Shown piece after piece: positions 24,694-33,934 of a stretch of 36,152 bases of DNA. Origin of the DNA: an uncultured bacterium (GTDB lineage Bacteria > Cyanobacteriota > Cyanobacteriia > CAIUCS01); contig CAZJZR010000001.1 of the NCBI GenBank assembly GCA_964550475.1, positions 7,847 through 43,998 on the forward strand, written 5' to 3'. The notes beneath the pieces were generated by a model. It did not search any database, was not told the DNA's origin, and saw nothing but the letters and a program-made list of their open reading frames with translations. The position numbers and the translations under genes are program-made. Each line of letters opens with the position of its first letter. Position 1 is the first letter of the stretch.

Positions 24694-25749
24694 TTAACTC
24701 ACCATAGCGGTCATATCCGACAAATTCGTGACCGTTGCCACATCCGCCTCAGGTAGCAACTCCTGCTCTTTAAATCGCTCTAACCCGCCACTACGGATAA
24801 ACTCAGAAAACTGAGCAATTAATTGGGGATTGCGCCAACCCTTGGCCGTTTCCTCTGCAATAATTTGCAAGGCCGCTTCCGCCGACATCGCCAACTTATA
24901 CGGACGCTCACTCGTCAGCGCATCATAAATATCAATCACCTGAAACACCTGCGCCAAGAACGGAATCGCATTTCCTTGCAACTGATCGGGATAGCCCGTT
25001 CCATCCCAGCGTTCGTGGTGGTGCCGGATAATCGGAGTCACCCCTTGCATAGTTCGCAAGGGCTTACAAATGCGCTCACCAATAATTACGTGTTGCTTCA
25101 TGACTTCCCATTCATCCGGTGTCAGTCGCCCTTGTTTCAACAACACCGCATCCGGCACCCCCACCTTGCCCAAATCATGCAGATAGCCACCCCAGACCAA
25201 ATCGCGAATTTCGGTCCGAGATAGCCCTAAATATTGGCCAAAGGCTTTGCCCAAGGTAACGAGCCGCTCACAGTGATCCCCTGTATTGGGGTCACGGCTT
25301 TCCACCGTTCGCGCAATTGAAAAAAGCACCTGTTCTGCGTGCTCCAAATCCTCATTCAAGCGTTTTTGTTGAATTAAGGACTTTACCCGTGCCGATAACT
25401 CTAACTGGTCGAACGGTTTGGTCAGGAAGTCATCGCCACCCGCCTCAATCCCTTTCACACGGGCGCGGCGATCGCTCAACGCCGTAATAAACACAATCGG
25501 AATCAGTCGCGTTTGTTCATCCTGCTTGAGGCGACGGCAAACTTCAAACCCATCCATTCCTGGCATCATCACATCCAACAGGATCAGGTCAGGATTTTCT
25601 TCTACAACCAACTTAAGAGCCGCAGAGCCGCTATCCACCTCAATCACCTGATATCCTTCAACTGACAACAGCGCAACTGCTGTCATGCGGCTAGAGGGAT
25701 GATCATCAACCACCAGAACTTTAGATGAACCTGAATGCAGGTAAGTCAC
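24694..25749 (-). CDS. Two-component response regulator with HD-GYP phosphodiesterase output domain (RpfG family)
   Basis: 351 aa. It has a receiver domain (VLVVDD, DLILLDVMMPGMDG, K at TKP) followed by HD (YLHDLGK) and HHERWDGTGYP. Confidence 0.92.
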   Translation of the reverse strand: MTYLHSGSSKVLVVDDHPSSRMTAVALLSVEGYQVIEVDSGSAALKLVVEENPDLILLDVMMPGMDGFEVCRRLKQDEQTRLIPIVFITALSDRRARVKGIEAGGDDFLTKPFDQLELSARVKSLIQQKRLNEDLEHAEQVLFSIARTVESRDPNTGDHCERLVTLGKAFGQYLGLSRTEIRDLVWGGYLHDLGKVGVPDAVLLKQGRLTPDEWEVMKQHVIIGERICKPLRTMQGVTPIIRHHHERWDGTGYPDQLQGNAIPFLAQVFQVIDIYDALTSERPYKLAMSAEAALQIIAEETAKGWRNPQLIAQFSEFIRSGGLERFKEQELLPEADVATVTNLSDMTAMVS

Positions 25750-26765
25750 TGGAACAACCCCTTAATAAACTGAAAATCAATAAACTAAAAATCAAAAACA
25801 AATCAAAAATGCTAGAAAACGGTGTCCACAAAGCATCTAACAGCTATCTCATCGCCTAAACTCATCGCCCAAAGTAGTGCAGCCAAGAATTAAGTAAAAA
25901 TACTGAGATAGCATCTGAGTCGGATGATTCAACAGACCTGCAAGCTTTGGAAGCTGCTTGGATAAAAATTTGCTTGGATAAATTTGCTTGGGTAAAAATT
26001 AATCTATTAGCTTGTCATACCTCACATCCCTATCGTTATCGTTACATCCTGATCGTCATATCTGGGTGTTGTGCGATCGCTCTTTTGTCAATCCCCTTTG
26101 AGCGAAACCACGCAGCGATACATCCCTACGATCCACTCTATCTAAAAGATCCACTCTATCTAAACCAAGATTTAACCCAGATCTAACTCAGGTCTAAGCG
26201 ACTGTTGGAAAAGTGGTCTAGACAATTGATTTTTCGTGCGCGGGGCGTAGGAAAAATCAACCTTTAAAGCACCCTCTAAGCCAGTCATCGCAAGGTACAT
26301 CAATTCCCTGGCCAATAAATTTTGATTGTTTATAGCCGCTTGCAGTGGTGTGGACATAGCCCACATCACTCAACCTCTCACCCGATGTCGGTTTGGATTA
26401 ATCACCTGTGCCGCATAAATATGAAAACTGCTATAAGTAATTTTATCTGTTAACTGAATAATGGCGATTCTAACCAAAGAATTGCAACTCCAACAAGCAG
26501 AGACAGCAACTCTTGTACAAAAAATTAGTTTCGTCTCGGCAGCTTTGTGAAAACACTATAGCTGTTTTCATCTTGGTGAGAACCACAGAAGGGGCGTAAG
26601 TCCCTTGTACAGCGATAGCCGTGTCTTTCCGTTGGTTGCAAAAAGCTAGACAGCCGCTTGCGGTGATATGGGCATGGCGCACACTCAATCTGTTCCTCAC
26701 GGGCTACGCGATGGAGAGCGTCAACTAATTTAGCGTTCTCATCAATCGGCAATTGCCCGATGGAA

Positions 26766-26847
26766 GTAACTGTTCACAGCCCCCCACATGAAAGGTGTTG
26801 CGGGTTATGCCCACGGGTTCCTCCCTTGACGGTGAGTAAACGGTTAC
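26766..26847 (-). repeat. 82-bp structured palindromic element (GTAACCGTTCAC family), copy 1
   Basis: gtaactgttcac...gtaaacggttac. Same orientation as copy 2. It has internal hairpins and inserts beside a Cys-rich ORF relic. Confidence 0.8.
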
Positions 26848-27547
26848 CTATGTCCGAAATCAGTCTCAAACAGGCAAGGGGCTGAAGCCCCTTGTTCTGC
26901 AAGTTGAACAACCCGTCAGGTTTGTCACTCTATTCGGATTGCTATAGTCCAAAGCTATACTCCAGAATAATTACCCTCACCATTAGTCTTCAATCTCTAT
27001 CTTAGATCGTCAGATCTGCCTTATGGGAGAGTCGATCATGCGCGAGAACAGACAGATAGGATCGCTTGAGTGCCTTCCACGGGGCATTAATGCAAATGCA
27101 GCACATTCCTGAAATCTGTCAACCACCGTGTATCAAATACCTAGAACTGGCAACCTGAGATCAAGAAAGTTCGACACTTAAGCTAAATAGTCTCATAGTA
27201 TACCGTTTATCTAGGGTTGCCCATCGGGAAATCCGCAACATGAGCCAATTTGACGCGACACAAGTCCACTATGCCACGCTCAACCGTTTTCCGTAATTTT
27301 AACGAGGGTAAAATTGGAACTGCTGAGATGCTGGATTGAAGACGCGGCAACCGTGCCTCCACAGGCCGAACAGATAATCAAATCGGAGGAATGGGAGGAA
27401 TGGGAGGACTTGGATTGACCACCCCCTGTGAATCAGGCAATCCACTGGTCATTTCCCCAAGTGCTTACGTAAAATCACTGGCAAGTAAAAGCTGCCCCAC
27501 GATCAGAGCGGCAGCATCTTGCATCCATGCTTACCAACCAGAACTGC

Positions 27548-29041
27548 TTACCAACCAGAACTGCGACTGTCGCCATAATTCGGCGTTTGGGGGTCAGGTG
27601 CAAACGCCAACCAGAGGGGGAACTGCAAAATTGACAAATTGATGAACTCCTCAGTTTCGTCAATCAAGATTAACGGCAGTGCCCGTTCACGGATTAGACG
27701 GTCGGCTTTCTGTGCCAAGATTTCCGGTGCTTCAAACAACAGAATGCCGCGATCGGGACCAAAGTCACTACGGGACACGCCTAAACAGTCCTGTAATCCG
27801 CGCCGCCATTCGCCCAAACGTTCTGGCGCATTGGCTAGTACGAGGGTGCGGAGGCGATCGCCATACAACTCCCGCAGCACAGAAATCGCCGCTGAAGCCA
27901 CCAAAATATTTTGCAATCGACTGCCCATACTCTTGAGCGCACCCCTGCCCCCTTGGGTAAAGAACCAATTACTCACCCGTTCCGCATGGATCGGCTCAAA
28001 TGTGCGACGCAATTGCCACGGTGGCCCATAATAATCCGGCTGGGAACGGTATTGATCCAACAACCGCCGCACTTGTTTAGTTTGGGCTTGAAATGCCTGT
28101 TCCGCAAATTTAGGTGTTGGTATCGCCTCTGGTTCCGTGGGGGCAGGAGCCGCCTTCGCGCTAGGTGGCGGGGCTTTCGGTACAAGTTCCAGTTGATCGG
28201 CAGCCGCAGCCAAATCCTGCAAACTGCCCACCAAGTAATCTTTAAATCCCTGGACACGAATCGCTAAGTCCTGGGATGCGCCCGCAAAATTGGTTCGCAT
28301 TTCGGCTCGAATCCGTTCTTGTCGCCGCTCCAACTGCTCGACGGCAATTTTCAGCGATTGTCGCCGTTCTTCCAGTTCCCGCAACCCATCCTGGATCAAC
28401 TGCCCCATATTGTTTTGGGTTTCCATCAACTGATCTTGGATTTGACGATAGGTAACCCGCAATTGGGCAATGTCTTGGCGCAGGATAGCTTCTTCCGTCC
28501 GCAAATCCGCAAGGGTTTGATGCAACACCGCTGACAAATCGGCAGAGTCTGCTGCTGCAACGTCAGGTGTTGGCAACTGGAGGCTATCGGGTGGTGACGG
28601 TTGATCCGGCTGTTGCTGTTCGGTCTGAACTGCTTCAGTGTGCATAGATTCATCACTCGCCAAGGACAAATCCTCCTGCTGATCCAGATTTTCAGTTCCT
28701 TCAACTGAGGCATCGGTTTGGTCATCCTGCCAAACGTCATCCACAACACGCACAGTATCCAAATTCCAATCCACAGAGACAGATGAATCTGCACCTGTGC
28801 CCTGATCCGTCACGGTGTCGAGTTTAGGTTGTTCCGGTGGGGTGAGAATGCTGAGATCCGGTAAAGGTTGACCACTGACCGCAGAGACAGTAGGGGAAGC
28901 GATCGCCCCCTCATCGTCTTCAGTAATTTCAATAAAATCTAAATCGATCGCATCCATGTCATCATCCGATGCAGAATCAGACTCATCAGGAGGATAGGCT
29001 TCTAGTCCTGACTGTGCCAAAGGTAGCTCATCTGCATTCAT
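27548..29041 (-). CDS. Conserved cyanobacterial protein with acidic N-terminus, coiled coil and conserved C-terminal domain (DUF3086-like)
   Basis: 497 aa. It has a D/E-rich N-terminal third, a heptad region (LRQDIAQLRVTYRQIQDQL...) and a C-terminal block YYGPPWQLRRTFEPIHAERVSNWFFTQGGRGA. The DUF number is from memory. Confidence 0.72.
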   Translation of the reverse strand: MNADELPLAQSGLEAYPPDESDSASDDDMDAIDLDFIEITEDDEGAIASPTVSAVSGQPLPDLSILTPPEQPKLDTVTDQGTGADSSVSVDWNLDTVRVVDDVWQDDQTDASVEGTENLDQQEDLSLASDESMHTEAVQTEQQQPDQPSPPDSLQLPTPDVAAADSADLSAVLHQTLADLRTEEAILRQDIAQLRVTYRQIQDQLMETQNNMGQLIQDGLRELEERRQSLKIAVEQLERRQERIRAEMRTNFAGASQDLAIRVQGFKDYLVGSLQDLAAAADQLELVPKAPPPSAKAAPAPTEPEAIPTPKFAEQAFQAQTKQVRRLLDQYRSQPDYYGPPWQLRRTFEPIHAERVSNWFFTQGGRGALKSMGSRLQNILVASAAISVLRELYGDRLRTLVLANAPERLGEWRRGLQDCLGVSRSDFGPDRGILLFEAPEILAQKADRLIRERALPLILIDETEEFINLSILQFPLWLAFAPDPQTPNYGDSRSSGW

Positions 29042-29242
29042 GCCAATTCATACTCCTAAATGATCTACTGATCGCCGATCTAGTCATCGGCATACCCCCT
29101 AACCATTCACATTCCCCCAGTCAACCGGGTTGATGCAGCAAAGCCGATTAGTGGAAGATTTTCACTGAAGCGGACGTTTTACAAAGTTGATTTTTCGTGC
29201 GCCCCACGCAGAAAAAATCATTTTCTACACCACTTGTCAAAC

Positions 29243-29324
29243 GTAACCATTCACATCCCCCCAGGGAAAAAGTGTTGCGGGCTGCGCTCGCTTGTTCCTC
29301 CCTTGACGGGGAGTGAACGGTTAC
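29243..29324 (-). repeat. 82-bp structured palindromic element, copy 2
   Basis: gtaaccattcacatcccccc...ggggagtgaacggttac. It is the reverse complement of copy 3. Flanks are tcaaac | element | tttcaaac. Confidence 0.85.
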
Positions 29325-29361
29325 TTTCAAACAGCCTCTCCGGTTAAGTATTGACTAACCA

Positions 29362-29796
29362 CTAAGCTTTGGGACATCGCTGCGCTAAACACTGACGCAA
29401 CATTGCCGCATCAAACAACATTGGGACAAAATGGATGCTCTTCACTTCTCGGAAGTAGAACAAAATCGGTACACCCGACCAGAAGATTTCCCAATTACTC
29501 CAGTCCGAATAGGGAAACTGGCGAATCCGTGTGCCCGACCGATAAACTTCCAATGCGGATTCGGTAAATGTTAGCCGAATGGTGGCCGTTTGAATGATCA
29601 GAAACAACCCAAAAATTTCTATCACCAGAGAAACCCAAGGTTGAATCAGTAAAAACGGAATCGCCAAAACTACAATCGCTAACGCCAACCTGTAGCTGGG
29701 AGCTAATTCAACAGTTCCACTTAAAGAACCAGTAGACATACTGGTAGTCACGGCAGTCGGCCTCCTAGAAATGGATGATATCAAGAGGAAAATCAA
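29362..29796 (-). CDS. Small two-TM membrane protein (DUF3119-like)
   Basis: It has two hydrophobic helices and then a conserved-looking soluble tail (FPYSDWSNWEIFWSGVPILFYFREVKSIHF). The likely true start is the internal ATG at 29739 (MSTGSL..). Confidence 0.62.
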   Translation of the reverse strand: MIFLLISSISRRPTAVTTSMSTGSLSGTVELAPSYRLALAIVVLAIPFLLIQPWVSLVIEIFGLFLIIQTATIRLTFTESALEVYRSGTRIRQFPYSDWSNWEIFWSGVPILFYFREVKSIHFVPMLFDAAMLRQCLAQRCPKA

Positions 29797-30053
29797 CGCA
29801 TGACTAAACCATGGCGTTGTCGCTACATTTCTACATTTATTTATTTTAGTCGGGACTTGGCTGAATCGAACTGGATGGTGGTCATAAAGACAGGTTGAGA
29901 GAACGAGGAAAGAGTACCCGTGGCGACTGTCTGCTTTGCGTTCCCCCAGGATAGTCGGTCGCAGCTAGACGGATACGAGCACAGCCCTAGCACAGTCATC
30001 CCGTAAGCTATGACTCGTAGATGGTGATCCGAGGCTATGTCCATTTTCAAAAC

Positions 30054-30135
30054 GTAACCGTTCACTCCCCGTCAGGGGAGGAACAAGCGGGTTACGCCCG
30101 CAACACTGTTCCCATGGGGGGATGTGAACGGTTAC
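30054..30135 (+). repeat. 82-bp structured palindromic element, copy 3
   Basis: gtaaccgttcactccccgtcaggggaggaacaagcgggttacgcccgcaacactgttcccatggggggatgtgaacggttac. The direct repeat ttcaaaac is present on both flanks. Confidence 0.85.
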
Positions 30136-31137
30136 TTCAAAACACTCTCTCAAGTTGCTGTGCCAGCATTCATTGGATTTTCACAATGCTGACACAAGAT
30201 TTTCACAGTGCTGAGCAACGATGATTATAGACCGGTCACAAGGTTTCATCAAAAATACTGCAAATATTTGCGATGGTGTATGAAAAACGCTGGCAGATCG
30301 TTAATGTGTGTCCATTTAAGCAAAATCACTCACGCTGAGGCCGTGTATTAGTCATTTTCTATACGCTGATACTGAACACCACCGCGATTGATTGATTGTT
30401 TAAATGAATGAACAACACGTTGGTATGATTTCATTGGTTTTCAATATTGGTTCTCAATATTGGTTCTCAATGATGTTGTGTTTGAACTAATCACCGTTAG
30501 GGGGTGTTAGCCCAGCCATGCCATAGGAGTAATGTCATATTCATCAATCCAACATCAGTTAATCTCTTCAATCATTTCAGTATTTGTAACATTGATCACT
30601 GTCCTAATCTAGTCATAAGTTCGTTTATAGTGCCTTGCATAAATATGCAAAGCCAGCAGATTCGTCTCAAATGGTAGTTATTTGACAGAAGGATGGCTGT
30701 AAAGCCTTGATTCCTGTGTGTCAGTGTGTTCAGTCCAAGTAACACCGTCGGTAGCTCTCTCCTTAAGCCGTTCGTGACGATCGCACAATCTACTTGTCCC
30801 ATCTGTTCTATTGCACTGTTGCGCCCAGCCCCCATTCACCCACCCCCAATACCCACCCAGCATATAGGGATATAGCAGTTTTCACATTTATGAGTCACAG
30901 TCAATAACTGTAAGATCCTCGCTGGTTAAGGGGTTAAATGATATTGGATAGCTTCCATCACCGCAAGTGGCTGTATGTGTCCCTGAATGTGTCCCTAATT
31001 GGTTGATGTGATGTAGTTCTCAGCTCGGCTTTCGGCTAAATGCTCAAGGTTAGGTCATCAGTTGGGTAATTCTACAGTTGTTGCTATCGCAAGCAGACTG
31101 TTTCAACCACATGTACTAATTGTCTAGGTAGTTTCAC

Positions 31138-32265
31138 ATGACAGACGTAATTGTTCGGCAAACCGAGTCTTCATCTCCACAGCGTCAGCCACTTGTTAGC
31201 GTCATTATCAATAATTACAATTACGGGCGATTTGTCCGACGGGCGATCGCCAGTGTGCTTGCCCAAACCTATCGCAATTTTGAGTTGATCATCGTAGACG
31301 ATGGTTCACCGGATAACTCACAGGAGGTGATTGAAACCTACTGTGCTGAATGTCAGGAAACAGCCCGTGCCCAGGGTGAACTGCTCCCCCCCATCATCAC
31401 CATCTTTCAGCCCAATTTGGGTCAGAACACCGCCTGCAATGCGGGTTTTCAAGTCTCCCGAGGCGAGATTGTTTGTTTTCTAGACGCAGATGACTATTTC
31501 TATCCGCAAAAGTTAGAGAAGGTTGTGCAGGCATTCCAAGCCCATCCGGAATGGGTGCAAATTGCCCATTGTTGGACATCGGTCAACAAACATGGTGAAC
31601 CTACAGGGCGCGGCACATCCGATCAATTAAGCCAGGGAGATGTGACTCCGTTGCTGTTGCAGTGGGGGCGGTACGCTTCTGGCATTACTTCGGCGTTGGC
31701 CTATCGTCGCCATATTTTGACAGAACTGATGCCCAGTGCTAGTCAATGGCGGATTGGCATCGACTCTTATCTAAATGTGTGTGTGCCGTTCTATGGGCTG
31801 ATTGGCCACATTAATGAACCGTTGATGTACTATCGCATTCATGGCAAGAATCGCAAGGCGCACAACAATAACATCGCCTATCTACTCCGCGATCGCCGGA
31901 TTATGGTTGACTGCTTGAACCATACCGCCGCCAAACTGGGACTGACTGAACGCTTCAGCCTAGAGCGGGATGCGGATTATCGCGCATTCGCCATCATTGA
32001 ACAACAGGGGGGGGCACTGGCCGACAAGTTAGCTGTAATGAAGTTGTCCCTACAAGAAAGCCGTGCGATTGGTCGCAGTTGGCGCGATACAGCGATTCGG
32101 CTGATCTCTCGCAGCATCTGCGTGCTATTCCCCAAGGATGCCCCAACCTTCCTGCGGCTGGGCTTCCGGCAATACATGAAGCAGAAGTTCAGACTGGCCA
32201 CGGTCGAAGAGACTCATCCACCTGTCACTTTGGCTGTAGAGGGTGGTTCTCACAGCCAAGCCTAA
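31138..32265 (+). CDS. Family 2 glycosyltransferase
   Basis: 375 aa, with VSVIINNYNYGRFV..AI.SVL.QTY..FELIIVDDGS.D.S and a DAD motif (FLDADD). Confidence 0.88.
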   Translation: MTDVIVRQTESSSPQRQPLVSVIINNYNYGRFVRRAIASVLAQTYRNFELIIVDDGSPDNSQEVIETYCAECQETARAQGELLPPIITIFQPNLGQNTACNAGFQVSRGEIVCFLDADDYFYPQKLEKVVQAFQAHPEWVQIAHCWTSVNKHGEPTGRGTSDQLSQGDVTPLLLQWGRYASGITSALAYRRHILTELMPSASQWRIGIDSYLNVCVPFYGLIGHINEPLMYYRIHGKNRKAHNNNIAYLLRDRRIMVDCLNHTAAKLGLTERFSLERDADYRAFAIIEQQGGALADKLAVMKLSLQESRAIGRSWRDTAIRLISRSICVLFPKDAPTFLRLGFRQYMKQKFRLATVEETHPPVTLAVEGGSHSQA

Positions 32266-32327
32266 TCGAAGAGTGCAGCAAAACTGTCCTGAGGTAACTG
32301 TTCACTCTTCGCTAGTGTTCACCTAGT

Positions 32328-32399
32328 CGCGTAGGCAAAGCCTGCCCAACGGGCATATTCTATTCGCCCGGATGTATCCCCCAATTGTTGGATACGCCC
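32328..32399. repeat. Copy of the 3947 repeat module, preceded by a solo gtaactgttcac end (32294-32305)
   Basis: Direct sequence identity with 3947-4019 and 8615-8685. Confidence 0.75.
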
Positions 32400-32522
32400 A
32401 AAACACTCTCTACGCCCGCAACCCGTTTTACTGGCTGAGTGAGTTGACTTTACTGGCTTACAACCTATCCGAAAAATAGGCTAGTAGAAAGTCTGGTTCT
32501 AATTAAATTTGTGTTGCCCAAC

Positions 32523-32595
32523 GTAGGGGCGAAGCATTCCGGTAGTTAAGTTAGGGAATGACCGAAAAATCATGGCCGGAATGCTTCGCCCGTAC
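32523..32595. repeat. Palindromic MITE-like element (gtaggggcgaagcattccgg ... ccggaatgcttcgcccgtac)
   Basis: 20-bp near-perfect inverted repeats around a 33-bp centre. Confidence 0.7.
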
Positions 32596-32639
32596 AAGGT
32601 TATCGGTTCAAACACAAAATCATTGAGGATCAGTAGAAA

Positions 32640-32677
32640 GTTAATTGTTCGTGTGCATTGCACACGAACAATTAACC
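32640..32677. terminator. 17-bp perfect hairpin between convergent glycosyltransferase genes
   Basis: gttaattgttcgtgtgc att gcacacgaacaattaac, flanked by aaag / cttt. Confidence 0.55.
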
Positions 32678-32832
32678 TTTAAAGGGAGTGGCGATGAACA
32701 TCGCGGCTCTCAGAACAAAACCTACCAGTTCTTCAGAAGTCTACGCCAAGCGCAGGTTGTTGATCGACAAAGCGGATCGACAGAATAGCCTGCCTTCTCA
32801 AGTTCGGTTAGGCGGTGATGATCCATTAGCCA

Positions 32833-33783
32833 TTATGTACCCGACTGAAGTTCTCGGTAGGCGGCATAGACAGCACGGACGTTGTACCAGTTCAAAAAGA
32901 TTCGGGCAATTTCTAAGGCTAGTTGGGATTTGCCTTGGTCAATCAGCCATTGCAAAAACGGAGCCATGGTGCGTTCGTTTAACCACCCACCTAGGGACAA
33001 CAGATTCCATAAAATCCGGTGCAGCCAGGTCATTTGAATCATTAACCGCACGTCCCAAGTTGGATGTTTTTGGTAAAACAGGACTCCCATCCGGCCCCGT
33101 TGAATTTCCCGGTCGATCATGCGGGGAATCTGATCCAAACTGAAGGGGGGATGCCAATGGTAGCCCACTGCGGCTGGGCATTTGATTAGCTTGAGGCCCA
33201 GTTGCTTCAGCCGCACTCCCAATTCCAAATCTTCCCAACCGTACAGTTGAAACCGGGTATCAAACAAGCCTGCGGTTTCCAGCCAATGACGGGCGATCGC
33301 CACATTGCCCGTTGCGAAATAAGCCGCAGAGAAATCAGTGATTTTGTACGGTTCACTGGTGGGATTGTCAAAATTAGCCGTGTTAATCACCGCACCGTAG
33401 GTAAAACAACGGGGTGGATGGCTGCTGCCTGTTTCCCGTTCTCCTTTCAACAAGCCATCTGCGTGGGCTTGCAGGAAACCGTCCAACACCACCAAATCAC
33501 TGTCGATAAAGATAATCGTTTCACCCTTCGCCTGTTGTACACCCAAGTTGCGGGCAGCCGCTGGGCCTTTGTGTTCCTGTTGGAATAGTCGGACATGGGG
33601 AAAGTCGTCAGCATGGCTCTGTAACCAGCCCACCGTCCCATCCGTAGACCCATCATCCACCACCACCACTTCATAGCCAGTAACGGGACTGTGGGGTGGA
33701 AGATGCTGCTGTTCCAAGGCACGCAAGCATTTCTCTAAAATCGGTTGGCGGTTGTAGGTGGGGATGACGATGCTAAAGAACAC
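32833..33783 (-). CDS. Family 2 glycosyltransferase
   Basis: 316 aa, with FSIVIPTYNR...VVVVDDGSTDGT and IFIDSD (DxD). Confidence 0.88.
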   Translation of the reverse strand: MFFSIVIPTYNRQPILEKCLRALEQQHLPPHSPVTGYEVVVVDDGSTDGTVGWLQSHADDFPHVRLFQQEHKGPAAARNLGVQQAKGETIIFIDSDLVVLDGFLQAHADGLLKGERETGSSHPPRCFTYGAVINTANFDNPTSEPYKITDFSAAYFATGNVAIARHWLETAGLFDTRFQLYGWEDLELGVRLKQLGLKLIKCPAAVGYHWHPPFSLDQIPRMIDREIQRGRMGVLFYQKHPTWDVRLMIQMTWLHRILWNLLSLGGWLNERTMAPFLQWLIDQGKSQLALEIARIFLNWYNVRAVYAAYRELQSGT

Positions 33784-33934
33784 AGGATTGGAAAAGTGAT
33801 GGTGGATCAGGAACTATCATAGACTCGAAACTAGGACAGCACAATTGATTGTGATCGGGATAGCTCGTCCTTGTGAACTGGCTGGTTTGCCTGTAGCGCG
33901 GCCAACTTGTCAAACAGTTTCTAAGAGAACAACT

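Noticed and set aside
25947-26186. 79-aa ORF in the AT-rich region upstream of the response regulator
   Set aside because: It is built from short tandem repeats (tgcttggataaa, gatccactctatctaaa), is low-complexity and has no RBS. It is most likely non-coding.
26400-27400. Group II intron or retron in the gene-free stretch
   Set aside because: There is no GUGYG 5' end, no domain V-like 34-nt hairpin with an AGC triad, and no reverse-transcriptase ORF remnants in any frame I translated.
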